64,000 nucleotides of DNA from UHGV virus genome UHGV-0370399, one strand, 5' to 3'. Below the pieces are notes generated by a model, which made no database searches, was not told where the DNA came from, and saw nothing but the letters and a program-made list of their open reading frames with translations. Below, piece after piece: positions 25,693 through 42,748 of this stretch. The translations under genes and the position numbers were made by a program. Position 1 is the stretch's first letter, and every line of letters begins with the position of its first letter. This DNA is from a virus.

Positions 25693-26091
25693 ATGAAAAC
25701 AGAATCTAGAGTAATTAATGGTAAGAAAGTAAATATCGTTCTGCTTGGGGCAAGAGATGGTATTAAGATGTCTATGAAGTTGGGTAAAATTGTTGTTCCA
25801 ACTTTTGCACAGATGCTGTCAAGTCTGACTGACAAGGGTAAGAAAGAAGCTCCAATGGTTCCATTTAAAGAACTTGTTGAAGCTTGTTTTGACAGAATTG
25901 AAGAAATTAACCTTGAAGAAATGGCTACCCTGTTATTTCAAGGAGCAACTGTTGATGACTTCCCACTTAATATTGATACATACTTCCAAGCAAACTATGG
26001 TGAATTTATTGATTACTTAGCATTTGCGCTGGAGGCAAACTTCGGAAGTTTTTTCGAAGCAAGCATTTTCAAAAGCCTAACTTCTCAGTAA
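25693..26091 (+). CDS. tail assembly chaperone (upstream frame)
   Basis: 132-aa ORF directly upstream of tape measure; contains slippery heptamer T_TTT_TTC at 26049-26055. Confidence 0.5.
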   Translation: MKTESRVINGKKVNIVLLGARDGIKMSMKLGKIVVPTFAQMLSSLTDKGKKEAPMVPFKELVEACFDRIEEINLEEMATLLFQGATVDDFPLNIDTYFQANYGEFIDYLAFALEANFGSFFEASIFKSLTSQ

Positions 26092-26093
26092 AC

Positions 26094-26332
26094 ATGGGTA
26101 ACACTCTACAGACACCACTGACTGATGCTGCTGTAGAGGCAACCTATGAAGAAGCAGACGAGATGAAATTTGTGCTTGCTATTTATGGTATGGAAGGGTG
26201 TAAAGAAACACTTGACCAACTCTTTGCTATGACATTCTCTGATTTATTATCATTGAGACAATTTCTTGAAATTCAGAGGTCGTATAAAGAGGAAATTGCT
26301 TACAACGAACTTAGAAGAGCAGGAAAAATGTA

Positions 26333-26333
<1 letters not shown>
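26094..26333 (+). CDS. tail assembly chaperone -1 frame extension (likely expressed as a frameshift fusion)
   Basis: 79-aa ORF in the -1 frame relative to the upstream gene; the -1 frame is open from the slippery site onward. Confidence 0.45.
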
Positions 26334-34349
<8,016 letters not shown>

Positions 34350-34351
34350 TA

Positions 34352-35539
34352 ATGGCGGTAGGTGAAATTCAAATTAGTGCCTTGCCTCAAGCAGCCTTAC
34401 CAATTGACCTTAGTGATATCTTCCATCTTAAGCAGGGTATTGAGGATAAGAGATGTACTCTTGAGCAATTACTTGCTCCACACTCAAGCCTAAGAAATAA
34501 CCCTCATGGTGTTACTAAAACACAAATTGGTTTAGATAACGTTATCAATGCTCTTCAGTTAGTTGCTGCAAATAACTTATCAGACGTTACTAATGTAGCT
34601 CAGGCAAGAGCAAATCTACAGATTATGTCTTCAGAAGAGGTTAATAATCTTGTTCAACAGCATATTCAGGACAAGAGCAACCCACATAATACAACTAAGG
34701 TACAGGTAGGATTGAGTAATGTTCAGAACTGGACAACATCTAACCTTTATAACGAAGATGCAGATAAGTATGCTACAGCAAGAGCAGTAAATAACTTGTA
34801 CAAGGCTGTTCAGGCTTCCTATCCAGTAGGTACTATCCATCTTTCCATGAACTCTGCAAACCCTTCTACATATTTAATTTGTGGAGGAACTTGGGAGTTA
34901 GTTTCAAAAGGTAGAGCATTGGTTGGTTATGACTCTGATACAAGACCAACAGGCTCTGTATTTGGTGCTTCAACTGTCACTTTGTCAGTTAATAACATGC
35001 CACAACACTCACACTCTGTGTCTCTTAGTGGTGGTGGTCACACCCATAATGCAACGGTGTCAATTTCAGCTTTTGATTATGGAACTAAGACTACCAACTC
35101 TTTTGACTATGGAACAAAGACCACTAACACGACTGGTAACCACAACCATGTGGGCAGTGGGTCAACAAATGCGGCTGGTGCTCACAACCATAGATTGACC
35201 TATGAAGCAGGTGGTGGTTTATCGGAAAGACCTGCAATGGTTTGGTCTACAAGGAATGACCAATCATGGTACTCAGCAGATGCTGTCTGTGAAGTCGCTG
35301 GTTCACACACTCACTCTTTCAGTGTTACCACTAACACGACTGGTAACCACAGCCACACGGTTGGTATTGGTGCTCACAGCCACACGGTTGGTATTGGTTC
35401 ACATACACACAATGGTACTGTAACAGTTTCTTCTTCTGAGCATACGCATAGCGGGAACACTAACAGTATTGGTGGTGGACAAGCTTTTAACATTGAGCAG
35501 CCATCCTTCGTACTGTATGTATGGCAGAGAACAGCTTAA
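34352..35539 (+). CDS. tail fiber protein with His-x-His repeat C-terminal domain
   Basis: C-terminal half rich in HxH motifs (HSHSVSLSGGGHTHNATVS, GNHNHVG, AHNHRL, SHTHSFS, GNHSHTVGIGAHSHTVGIGSHTHNG, EHTHSG); C-terminus ...FVLYVWQRTA shared with the next gene. Confidence 0.7.
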   Translation: MAVGEIQISALPQAALPIDLSDIFHLKQGIEDKRCTLEQLLAPHSSLRNNPHGVTKTQIGLDNVINALQLVAANNLSDVTNVAQARANLQIMSSEEVNNLVQQHIQDKSNPHNTTKVQVGLSNVQNWTTSNLYNEDADKYATARAVNNLYKAVQASYPVGTIHLSMNSANPSTYLICGGTWELVSKGRALVGYDSDTRPTGSVFGASTVTLSVNNMPQHSHSVSLSGGGHTHNATVSISAFDYGTKTTNSFDYGTKTTNTTGNHNHVGSGSTNAAGAHNHRLTYEAGGGLSERPAMVWSTRNDQSWYSADAVCEVAGSHTHSFSVTTNTTGNHSHTVGIGAHSHTVGIGSHTHNGTVTVSSSEHTHSGNTNSIGGGQAFNIEQPSFVLYVWQRTA

Positions 35540-35585
35540 TTTCTTTACAGGGGCTTGATAGCCCCTTTTAAGAGGAAAATTTATA

Positions 35586-37973
35586 ATGGCAGATTACAAG
35601 TTGAGTGAATTAAACTCAATCAATACAATCCGTTCAGATGACCTTCTTCATGTCAGAGTTAAAAAGAGACCTGAAATGCTGGGTGATGAAGACCGTCGAA
35701 TGACCTATCAAGACTTCTTAGCATCTTTTAAACTTGAAAGGTTTGTTCAGATTGCTGGTAGCACTATGACGGGTGACTTAGGAATTGTTAAGTTACTTTA
35801 TGGTGGTAAGGTAGTATTTAACCCAACAGGCTCTTCTGAGATTACTATTGGGGATGTTTTAAAGACTTTTAAAATCAACGCAAACGGCCTTAGATTAACT
35901 ATTGCAGATGCTTCAAGGTCGGCAACTGTTTATCATACTCTGAATAAGCCAAGCCCTAATGAGCTTGGGATGAGAACTAATGAAGAGAATGATGCAAGAT
36001 ATGCAAGGTTGGCTGTAAATAACACCTTTAGAGGCACTCAAGCTATTCTCTCTGACAATGAAGCTCTTATTGCTAAGAATATTACACAAGGGATGCCACT
36101 CTATATTCGTGGTCAAGATGCAGATGGTACTAACAGGTGGTATCTAGGTAATGATAACAAGGGTACAGACAATCTTGTTTTAAAAAACGTTAAATCTGGT
36201 GCATATGTAGCTATTTTAGCTAACCTAATCTCCGTGAACAAATCAATCCAAATCACTGGGCAAGTTCAACCTTCTGATTGGACTAACTTAGATGCTAGGT
36301 ATTTTACTCAGACAGCAGCTAATCAGAGGTTTGCACAGTTAGCTGGTAATAATACCTTTAGAGGCGTGAATACATTTAATCAAATCCTATCAATTAAGAC
36401 GAATAGTGCAGCCTTAAGGTTAAAAAACACTGTAGCTAATGGTGCACTGTACATTAAAGCCGAAGCTAATGATGGCTCTGGTAAGTGGTATGTAGGTAAT
36501 GGTGATAATACACCTGCTGTATTAATCCACAACTATACGTATGGTTCTAATCTTAGACTCGACAATGGTTATGTTGAGGTTAATAAGCAACTTAAAGTCG
36601 TTGGTCAAGTTCAACCTTCTGATTGGACTAACATTGACTCTAGATATATTCCGGCAGGAACTTTGAGTAATCTTGCCAAGCTGAGTGATGCAAACACTTT
36701 CAGGTCTACACAGGTTATCAATCTGAATGGCTCATTGTTACAGCTAAAGAACACTACACAAGACAGAGAGCTTTACTTTGCTGGCCATAATGCTGATGGT
36801 GTTAGAAGGTGGTACATCGGTAATGGGGAACCATCCAACCCAACAAGATTTACTATCCGCAACGACAGAACTGCAACTACGCTTTATATGCAAGACGATT
36901 TCTTGTTGGATAAAACTGTCAGAATTACTGGTCAAGTTCAACCTTCAGATTTCTCTAACTTAGATGCTAGATATTTCTTAAAAACAAAACTGTTAAACCA
37001 ATCTTTAATGACAAGGACAGCTAATAGACTGGATGACCCATCATCATTCAACAAAGATTGTTCAGGGTTTGTAAGAAACAACGCTATTGAGCAGGGTCTG
37101 AAAGATTTAGCCATCCATGTAGCACATTCTGCTGGTATTGCTCATGCCAGAGGTATTGCTTTTACATATGGGTCTAAAGGTCTTGATGTCTTCACATACG
37201 CTTATGGGTCAGATGGAGCATATGTTGGAGAGGCACAGTTGTATTCAACGGCATTTAAACCAACCCCTTCAGGTATTGGTGCATATACTAAAGCTGAAAC
37301 TGACCAGAAGATTGCACAGGCAGTAAGTGACTCTACAGACCTTAATAAAATCTATCCAGTAGGTATTGTGACATGGTTTAACAGCAATGTTGACCCTAAT
37401 ACAGCACTTCCTGGTCTAACTTGGACGTACCTGAACAATGGTGTTGGTAGAACTATCAGAATTGCAGCAGCAAACGGTTCAGATGTTGCTACAACTGGTG
37501 GTTCAGATTCTGTAACGTTATCTGTTGGCAACTTACCATCACACACCCATAGTTTCTCTGCTACCACTTCATCTTTTGATTATGGTACGAAGAACACTAA
37601 TAGCACTGGTGGTCATACTCACTCTGTAAGTGGCACAACAAGTGCTGCTGGTAAACACGCTCACCACTTAGGTCTGCTATTGGTTAATGGTGGTGATGCT
37701 CAGTACGGTTATACAACTGTTAGCAATAACAAGACGAGAACTCTTGACTGGCTTGACAGAACTGATAACAAGTTCCCTAACACTAACACAACTGGTAACC
37801 ATACACACACATGGTCTGGTACTACAAGTAACACTGGTGCTCACACCCACTCTGTAGGTATTGGTGCTCACACCCATACAGTTAGGGGTAACACTGGTGG
37901 TACAGGTTCTGGTTCAGCATTTAGTGTCACTAACCAGTTCTACAAGTTGATGGCTTGGGTGAGAACTGCTTAA
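35586..37973 (+). CDS. long tail fiber protein with internal tandem repeats and His-x-His C-terminal domain
   Basis: 795 aa; motif GQVQPSD(W/F)(T/S)N(L/I)D(A/S)RY(F/I) x3 plus NTFRG x3; C-terminal HxH repeats; ends ...[10 protein letters not shown]. Confidence 0.75.
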   Translation: MADYKLSELNSINTIRSDDLLHVRVKKRPEMLGDEDRRMTYQDFLASFKLERFVQIAGSTMTGDLGIVKLLYGGKVVFNPTGSSEITIGDVLKTFKINANGLRLTIADASRSATVYHTLNKPSPNELGMRTNEENDARYARLAVNNTFRGTQAILSDNEALIAKNITQGMPLYIRGQDADGTNRWYLGNDNKGTDNLVLKNVKSGAYVAILANLISVNKSIQITGQVQPSDWTNLDARYFTQTAANQRFAQLAGNNTFRGVNTFNQILSIKTNSAALRLKNTVANGALYIKAEANDGSGKWYVGNGDNTPAVLIHNYTYGSNLRLDNGYVEVNKQLKVVGQVQPSDWTNIDSRYIPAGTLSNLAKLSDANTFRSTQVINLNGSLLQLKNTTQDRELYFAGHNADGVRRWYIGNGEPSNPTRFTIRNDRTATTLYMQDDFLLDKTVRITGQVQPSDFSNLDARYFLKTKLLNQSLMTRTANRLDDPSSFNKDCSGFVRNNAIEQGLKDLAIHVAHSAGIAHARGIAFTYGSKGLDVFTYAYGSDGAYVGEAQLYSTAFKPTPSGIGAYTKAETDQKIAQAVSDSTDLNKIYPVGIVTWFNSNVDPNTALPGLTWTYLNNGVGRTIRIAAANGSDVATTGGSDSVTLSVGNLPSHTHSFSATTSSFDYGTKNTNSTGGHTHSVSGTTSAAGKHAHHLGLLLVNGGDAQYGYTTVSNNKTRTLDWLDRTDNKFPNTNTTGNHTHTWSGTTSNTGAHTHSVGIGAHTHTVRGNTGGTGSGSAFSVTNQFYKLMAWVRTA
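35990..36980 (+). repeat. Three tandem about 330-bp coding repeats within the long tail fiber gene
   Basis: Near-identical DNA segments GG(G/T)CAAGTTCAACCTTC(T/A)GAT at about 36258, 36603 and 36929. Confidence 0.7.
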
Positions 37974-37980
37974 TTCCTTG

Positions 37981-38009
37981 TTGACTGATTGTTAAGATGG
38001 TGTTAATAT
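37981..38009 (+). promoter_or_regulatory. Candidate sigma70-like promoter (TTGACT, 17 bp, TAATAT) overlapping an inverted repeat
   Basis: TTGACTGATTGTTAAGATGGTGTTAATAT; inverted repeat AAGATGGTG (37991-37999) / CACCATCTT (38027-38035). Confidence 0.5.
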
Positions 38010-38052
38010 TCTTTATGGGTATTCTCACCATCTTGGCTGATGAGGTGATTAA

Positions 38053-38250
38053 ATGCCTACAATCCTAGCAATTCTTCTAAAAAATCTAGGTAGCTTCTTC
38101 TGGAAACTCATTTTATCCCTTCTAAGTGAATACATGATTGAGAAAGTGTTCTTTAGGCTTGCAAGATACCTTGCGAGTAAAACAGACACACCTATTGATG
38201 ATGAGTTCGTAGATAACTTAGAAAAAGCTTTTAAGGGGGAGAATAAATGA
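38053..38250 (+). CDS. small hydrophobic protein, holin candidate
   Basis: 65 aa with hydrophobic N-terminal segment and charged C-terminus. Confidence 0.4.
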   Translation: MPTILAILLKNLGSFFWKLILSLLSEYMIEKVFFRLARYLASKTDTPIDDEFVDNLEKAFKGENK

Positions 38251-38618
38251 AGTGGCTAGAGGAAGCTTTTAAAAATAATATTGGTGCAATTGTAGTTGGT
38301 ATTTTTAGTGTTATTGGGATGTTTACCACGATGCAAGTTTCAAGTGGTAAACAAGAAGTGTCTGTCACAACAAAGTTACAGCAGCTAGATAATTATTCCA
38401 AAAGTAACTATTCAGCTATTCGTGATTTACAGTCTGACATGAGACTGATTCAGCTAGGGATGGAGAACCAGAAAGTTCAGTTAGAGAATGTTAAGGGTGA
38501 AAACGCAAAACTTACCAAAACTCTTGATAAATTCTCTGACAGTGTGAATAATCTGGCTCAATCAGTATCAGCCCTCCAAGCTATTACTGAAAAGAACACA
38601 AAGAATACTGAAAAATAA
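38247..38618 (+). CDS. N-terminal transmembrane plus coiled-coil protein, i-spanin (Rz-like) candidate
   Basis: 123 aa; N-terminal TM (IGAIVVGIFSVIGMFTT) then heptad-rich region. Confidence 0.4.
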   Translation: MKWLEEAFKNNIGAIVVGIFSVIGMFTTMQVSSGKQEVSVTTKLQQLDNYSKSNYSAIRDLQSDMRLIQLGMENQKVQLENVKGENAKLTKTLDKFSDSVNNLAQSVSALQAITEKNTKNTEK

Positions 38619-38625
38619 AGTTTAA

Positions 38626-38651
38626 GGCTCCTTTTTACGGGAGCCTTTTTT
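38626..38651. terminator. Bidirectional rho-independent terminator between convergent gene blocks
   Basis: GGCTCC-TTTTTAC-GGGAGCC hairpin flanked by an A-run upstream and a T-run downstream. Confidence 0.7.
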
Positions 38652-38655
38652 GTTT

Positions 38656-39555
38656 TTACTTGCCTACTGACAGAGGTGCTTCAATCTTTCCTGCATGTTG
38701 GTAGTTGTTAATGCCACCAATAAAATCACTTGCAGTAAGATGTTTCAGGTCACTTAAAGTATTAAGTGGTAGACCAATCTCAAAAGTTGGTGCATGGAAC
38801 TCTTCATTGTTCAGTAGTTCATAAACCTGTTTCATGTGGTTCTGATAAATCTGAGTATCTCCAAAGACACCTATCAAGTACCGTGGAGTGTATCCAGTCA
38901 TCTTACAAAGAACTTCCAGAATAAAACCATAAGATGCAATATTAAACGGGAGTCCTAAAAAGGTGTCTACTGAACGCTGATACCATTGTAAGTCAACTTC
39001 ACCCTCGTTAGTGATATAAATCTGAAACAGAACATGACAAGGTGCTAAAGCCATTGAGTTTGCTGCAATATCTGCTGCATTCCAAGCATTAACAAGCATG
39101 TAACGGTCTGTGATATCACCCTTCATCTTCGTTACTAAGGTCTCTAGTTGGTCTACAACACAGCCATTATGACCTTCAAAGTTTCTCCACTGAACCCCAT
39201 AGATTCTTCCACCTGCATCCTCTAACCAATCTTGTTCAGAAGAATAATTAGAGCTTAACCAGCGTTTAAAATCATCTGACCAGATAGTCCAGCGTTCTCC
39301 GTCATTTTCACCCCAAGTACGGTAACGAAGTTCACCAAGCTTATTCTCGCCATTCAGGAACCATAAAGCTTCCCCAATAACTTGCCGTGTAAACACCTGT
39401 TTAGATGTTAAGAGCGGGAAACCAGTTCGCATATCAAAACGAAACTGAGGTGGAGCAAATGCAGATATAACATCTCCAGTTCGTGTAGTACGCAGTTCAC
39501 CAACGGATAAAACATGGTTCAGGATATTTTTGTAACTTGTATCTGCTTGTGACAT
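38656..39555 (-). CDS. thyA: thymidylate synthase
   Basis: Conserved ThyA motifs LAPCHVLFQ (catalytic Cys) and DTFLGLPFNIASY; 299 aa. Confidence 0.9.
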   Translation of the reverse strand: MSQADTSYKNILNHVLSVGELRTTRTGDVISAFAPPQFRFDMRTGFPLLTSKQVFTRQVIGEALWFLNGENKLGELRYRTWGENDGERWTIWSDDFKRWLSSNYSSEQDWLEDAGGRIYGVQWRNFEGHNGCVVDQLETLVTKMKGDITDRYMLVNAWNAADIAANSMALAPCHVLFQIYITNEGEVDLQWYQRSVDTFLGLPFNIASYGFILEVLCKMTGYTPRYLIGVFGDTQIYQNHMKQVYELLNNEEFHAPTFEIGLPLNTLSDLKHLTASDFIGGINNYQHAGKIEAPLSVGK

Positions 39556-39556
39556 A

Positions 39557-40102
39557 TCAAAAGTGTCCTTTCACTTGTGGAACATAAATTTCAAAAGTTG
39601 CTTTACCATCCTCTGATGGTTTTGACTGTACCTTTGTAAATACACGGTTATCATACAGCTTCTCAAAGAAGTTTTCAAAAGGTAAATGCACAGTGGCCTC
39701 TTCAGTAACTTTATGGAAAACTGTATGGAAAACTACACCAGCATACGGTAAAGCATTGACAAGGACACCTGCACCACCAATTACAAAGACATCTTCATCA
39801 ATAGAGCTATCAAGATAGTTCAAAAATGCTCCAAATGACTCTTTACTGGCTTTAGCATACATTACATCATCTTTGCCAAAGTCTATACCTAAGTATGGTA
39901 CAGAATTTGTTAAGATGAGGTTTGCACGTTCTGGTAGAGGTTTACTACCCAGAGTCTTAAAAGTCTCATTACCCATGACTACTAAGTTATTTTTAGTGAG
40001 TCTCTTAAACTCTTGCATGTCCTGTTTATGTCGAGGCCACGGCATACCAGTTGGAGTACCAAACTCCCCATTTTCACCACTTGCAAAGATTAATTTAATC
40101 AT
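39557..40102 (-). CDS. folA: dihydrofolate reductase
   Basis: DHFR signature (MPWPRHKQDMQEFKRLT...VVMGNETFKTLG); 181 aa; adjacent to thyA. Confidence 0.85.
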   Translation of the reverse strand: MIKLIFASGENGEFGTPTGMPWPRHKQDMQEFKRLTKNNLVVMGNETFKTLGSKPLPERANLILTNSVPYLGIDFGKDDVMYAKASKESFGAFLNYLDSSIDEDVFVIGGAGVLVNALPYAGVVFHTVFHKVTEEATVHLPFENFFEKLYDNRVFTKVQSKPSEDGKATFEIYVPQVKGHF

Positions 40103-40359
40103 TTTGTAAATCCTTTCTTAATGAACCAGTTGATAACATTCTTCACAGCTTTATTGCTATGGTAGATTAAGTGTGGTGTAGGTTGGTATGAACCATAAGC
40201 CCAGAAAGCAATGATTTCATTACATCCTGTACACCTTGTACTCTCTTCAGCAATATGACCGTTGACTATTTCACTTACCTCGCCTTGTAAGTCTGTACAC
40301 CCACAATGTGGACATCGGATAGGTGTTCCATCAGACTCATAGCAGTGTTCAATTTTCAT
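40099..40359 (-). CDS. zinc-ribbon protein
   Basis: 86 aa with CPHCGC and CTGC cysteine pairs. Confidence 0.5.
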   Translation of the reverse strand: MKIEHCYESDGTPIRCPHCGCTDLQGEVSEIVNGHIAEESTRCTGCNEIIAFWAYGSYQPTPHLIYHSNKAVKNVINWFIKKGFTK

Positions 40360-40875
40360 CTATTTAACCTCAAAAACTGGCTCAAGAACCAATATAAAGT
40401 CTACACAGTCATCTTCTTCATCCAGAATACCATCAAAGTTCTTAGGAACGAAGTCGAAGAGGCTCATCACAAAGCAGTCAGAAGTGACCTTGATAGTTCC
40501 TCCCATGTTCTCTACAGTTAACACTGTACGACTTTCTTTTACCTCCCTCAGAAGATTACCCACAAAGTCATCTAAGAAGTACTTCATCAGTGACTTAAAA
40601 CCTTTAGGATAATCTGTACCAGAGTATGTTTCAATCTGAGGCACAAGCTTAACATTTATACTAGTCTTTGTTAAGAACGTGTTAGAGAACATACTATCAG
40701 GTAACTTACAAACACTCTTTCCAGTACCTTCATGTTCAATCTCAACAAAACCAGCTTCGTCGCCACATGTAACTATTTTAAAAGATGCTTCATTCTCATA
40801 CTGTGAAGCCATAAACTTTTTAAGCATCTCTTTAAGGAAATCTGCATGAGCATCTTGTAAGTAGATATCAATCAT
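40360..40875 (-). CDS. hypothetical protein
   Basis: 171-aa ORF. Confidence 0.5.
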   Translation of the reverse strand: MIDIYLQDAHADFLKEMLKKFMASQYENEASFKIVTCGDEAGFVEIEHEGTGKSVCKLPDSMFSNTFLTKTSINVKLVPQIETYSGTDYPKGFKSLMKYFLDDFVGNLLREVKESRTVLTVENMGGTIKVTSDCFVMSLFDFVPKNFDGILDEEDDCVDFILVLEPVFEVK

Positions 40876-40888
40876 AGTTAATCACCTA

Positions 40889-41248
40889 TTATGGGAACAA
40901 ACACTTAATGTCATCGTTTTTGAAAACGAAACTTGTGTAGTTATGACCATCAACATCCAACCAAACAGCCTGAACATCTACACCATCAAGATTCTGGTAA
41001 AGCTCTTTGATGAAGTGGTCTTTCACAATCTGGCTACTAGTGGTTTCCAGCTTGATGTTTGAGATTGCTGAACCTACAGCCATATAGCCCATGACACGTT
41101 TCTTCTCAGTATGCTTAATCTTACCATCTTTGTAAGCCATAATGAGATTGGAAAGAATCTTTACACCATAATACTTTTCAAGGTGAGTAGGTACACCATA
41201 AAAGCCTAATGCGAAGTTTTCAGAGTGGATAATGTTTTCACGTTTCAT
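40889..41248 (-). CDS. hypothetical protein
   Basis: 119-aa ORF. Confidence 0.5.
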   Translation of the reverse strand: MKRENIIHSENFALGFYGVPTHLEKYYGVKILSNLIMAYKDGKIKHTEKKRVMGYMAVGSAISNIKLETTSSQIVKDHFIKELYQNLDGVDVQAVWLDVDGHNYTSFVFKNDDIKCLFP

Positions 41249-41249
41249 A

Positions 41250-41579
41250 TTAGTCTGCCAACCTTAAATTGAAATTAACACCAAATTTTTCACATACTTC
41301 CAACATATACTCAAGGGAAACATTACCAGTGAGGTGGATTATGTTGGATACACGAGCCTGAGAGATACCACAAATTTTAGCAACTTGCTCTTGAGAAAGA
41401 CCTCTGGATTTAATCTCTCTCTTAAAACGATGTGCAACGAAGTCTCTCATTTCGTCTACATCCATTGGACAAATATAACTCTCCATTTCAGCCTCTCTAT
41501 CAGCCTCCCAATCATCTTGTGGGGCATAAGGGTCAAAAACCTCATTCATCTTTCTTCTTCCGTTTGCGTGAAGTGTCAA
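41250..41579 (-). CDS. helix-turn-helix DNA-binding protein (possible transcription regulator)
   Basis: C-terminal HTH-like segment LSQEQVAKICGISQARVSNI; acidic N-terminus. Confidence 0.5.
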   Translation of the reverse strand: MTLHANGRRKMNEVFDPYAPQDDWEADREAEMESYICPMDVDEMRDFVAHRFKREIKSRGLSQEQVAKICGISQARVSNIIHLTGNVSLEYMLEVCEKFGVNFNLRLAD

Positions 41580-41754
41580 TCAATGAATCTATGTTTGTAG
41601 CCCTAACCTTTTCACGTTCATCATTAAGATAATCATCAAGAGCCTTTTCAATCTGTGAATCATCTTGACAGATAACTGTAAAGACTGTAAATCCGTCTGT
41701 ATCGTCAATTATCTTACCATAACCGCTTCTGGGATGTAACTTTTTAAGAGCCAT
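41542..41754 (-). CDS. hypothetical protein
   Basis: 70-aa ORF. Confidence 0.4.
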   Translation of the reverse strand: MALKKLHPRSGYGKIIDDTDGFTVFTVICQDDSQIEKALDDYLNDEREKVRATNIDSLIDTSRKRKKKDE

Positions 41755-41755
41755 A

Positions 41756-42139
41756 TCAAATACCTGTGCAGCTTCTGTTTTCTAAGAAATACTCCACACC
41801 ATACATAGCTTTTTGCATCAAATCTTCTTTAAACTGGATACGGTGGTTGAGCATCGCCTGTACATCAATATCGTCATGGTGTTTCTCTTTAATGTTTGCA
41901 GATTGCAGGAAATACTCTGCAAGAACACGATACTGGTAGTCAGTCACCTTATCAGTCATCTCTGTCAAAGACTCTTCAGAGATGGGTTTCAGTAGCTCAC
42001 CATTAGCTAGAGCAACACCTTTTACAATCTGGCAAGTATCTTCTGGAACACCTGACAAGTCCACATTTGGGAGTTCTGTTGCATTGACTGGTAAATTCAT
42101 TGCCATAACCATTGCAGCAGCTAATAAAATCTTTTTCAT
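41756..42139 (-). CDS. secreted or periplasmic protein (signal peptide)
   Basis: N-terminal MKKILLAAAMVMAMNLPVNA signal-peptide-like sequence. Confidence 0.5.
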   Translation of the reverse strand: MKKILLAAAMVMAMNLPVNATELPNVDLSGVPEDTCQIVKGVALANGELLKPISEESLTEMTDKVTDYQYRVLAEYFLQSANIKEKHHDDIDVQAMLNHRIQFKEDLMQKAMYGVEYFLENRSCTGI

Positions 42140-42185
42140 AATGACCTCAAAGTTATATTAAATTTTGTATTACATTGAGTATAAA

Positions 42186-42214
42186 AATAAGCTATAACAC
42201 CTGACTTGTCAACA
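42186..42214 (-). promoter_or_regulatory. Candidate minus-strand sigma70-like promoter inside an 11-bp perfect inverted repeat (AATAAGCTATA / TATAGCTTATT)
   Basis: Minus-strand TTGACA (plus 42209-42214), 17-bp spacer, TATTTT; inverted repeat arms at 42187-42197 and 42220-42230. Confidence 0.4.
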
Positions 42215-42239
42215 GATTTTATAGCTTATTTGGCAGATT

Positions 42240-42475
42240 TTTTATAAGGCTACTGCCATCCTTCCATACCAAACCTCACCTGACCTCGCCTAACCCTACC
42301 TTACCCCACCATACAGCACCTTATTAAAACACCCTGTTTAAAGACCTTTTAAAAAGGTAAGTCTCATTTTAATGTAGCTGAGACTAACTACCCATACCGA
42401 ACCTCACCGCACCATACTACACCTGACACCACCTTACACCACCGCACCATACCTGACCGAGCTACACATCACTTA
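42240..42475. repeat. A/C-rich low-complexity segment with two related copies (CATACC(A/G)AACCTCACC...); G/T-rich on the minus strand
   Basis: Direct reading; no ORF; copies near 42255-42320 and 42395-42470. Confidence 0.6.
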
Positions 42476-42559
42476 AAAACCCTTTTCAAAGACTCTTAAG
42501 TGATGCTGGTGAGTACCCGTTGGTTTATGCTGCTCAGCATACTCACCAAATTTTCTATG

Positions 42560-42748
42560 TCAACAACTTTCTAATAAAGTTTTATGAAGATTTTGCTTAA
42601 CAACCCGCCTCACATGCCTGTGCTCTTTCTTAATAAAGAGTGACCTCTTCTTGATAGAGCGCCTATTCTTGTAAGTATTACTAGGATACTTATCATGAAC
42701 CGGACAACAGCTACCCGGATTGGTAAACTTGATAATCTCTCTTTTCAC
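42560..42748 (-). CDS. hypothetical small basic protein
   Basis: 62-aa ORF. Confidence 0.35.
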   Translation of the reverse strand: MKREIIKFTNPGSCCPVHDKYPSNTYKNRRSIKKRSLFIKKEHRHVRRVVKQNLHKTLLESC

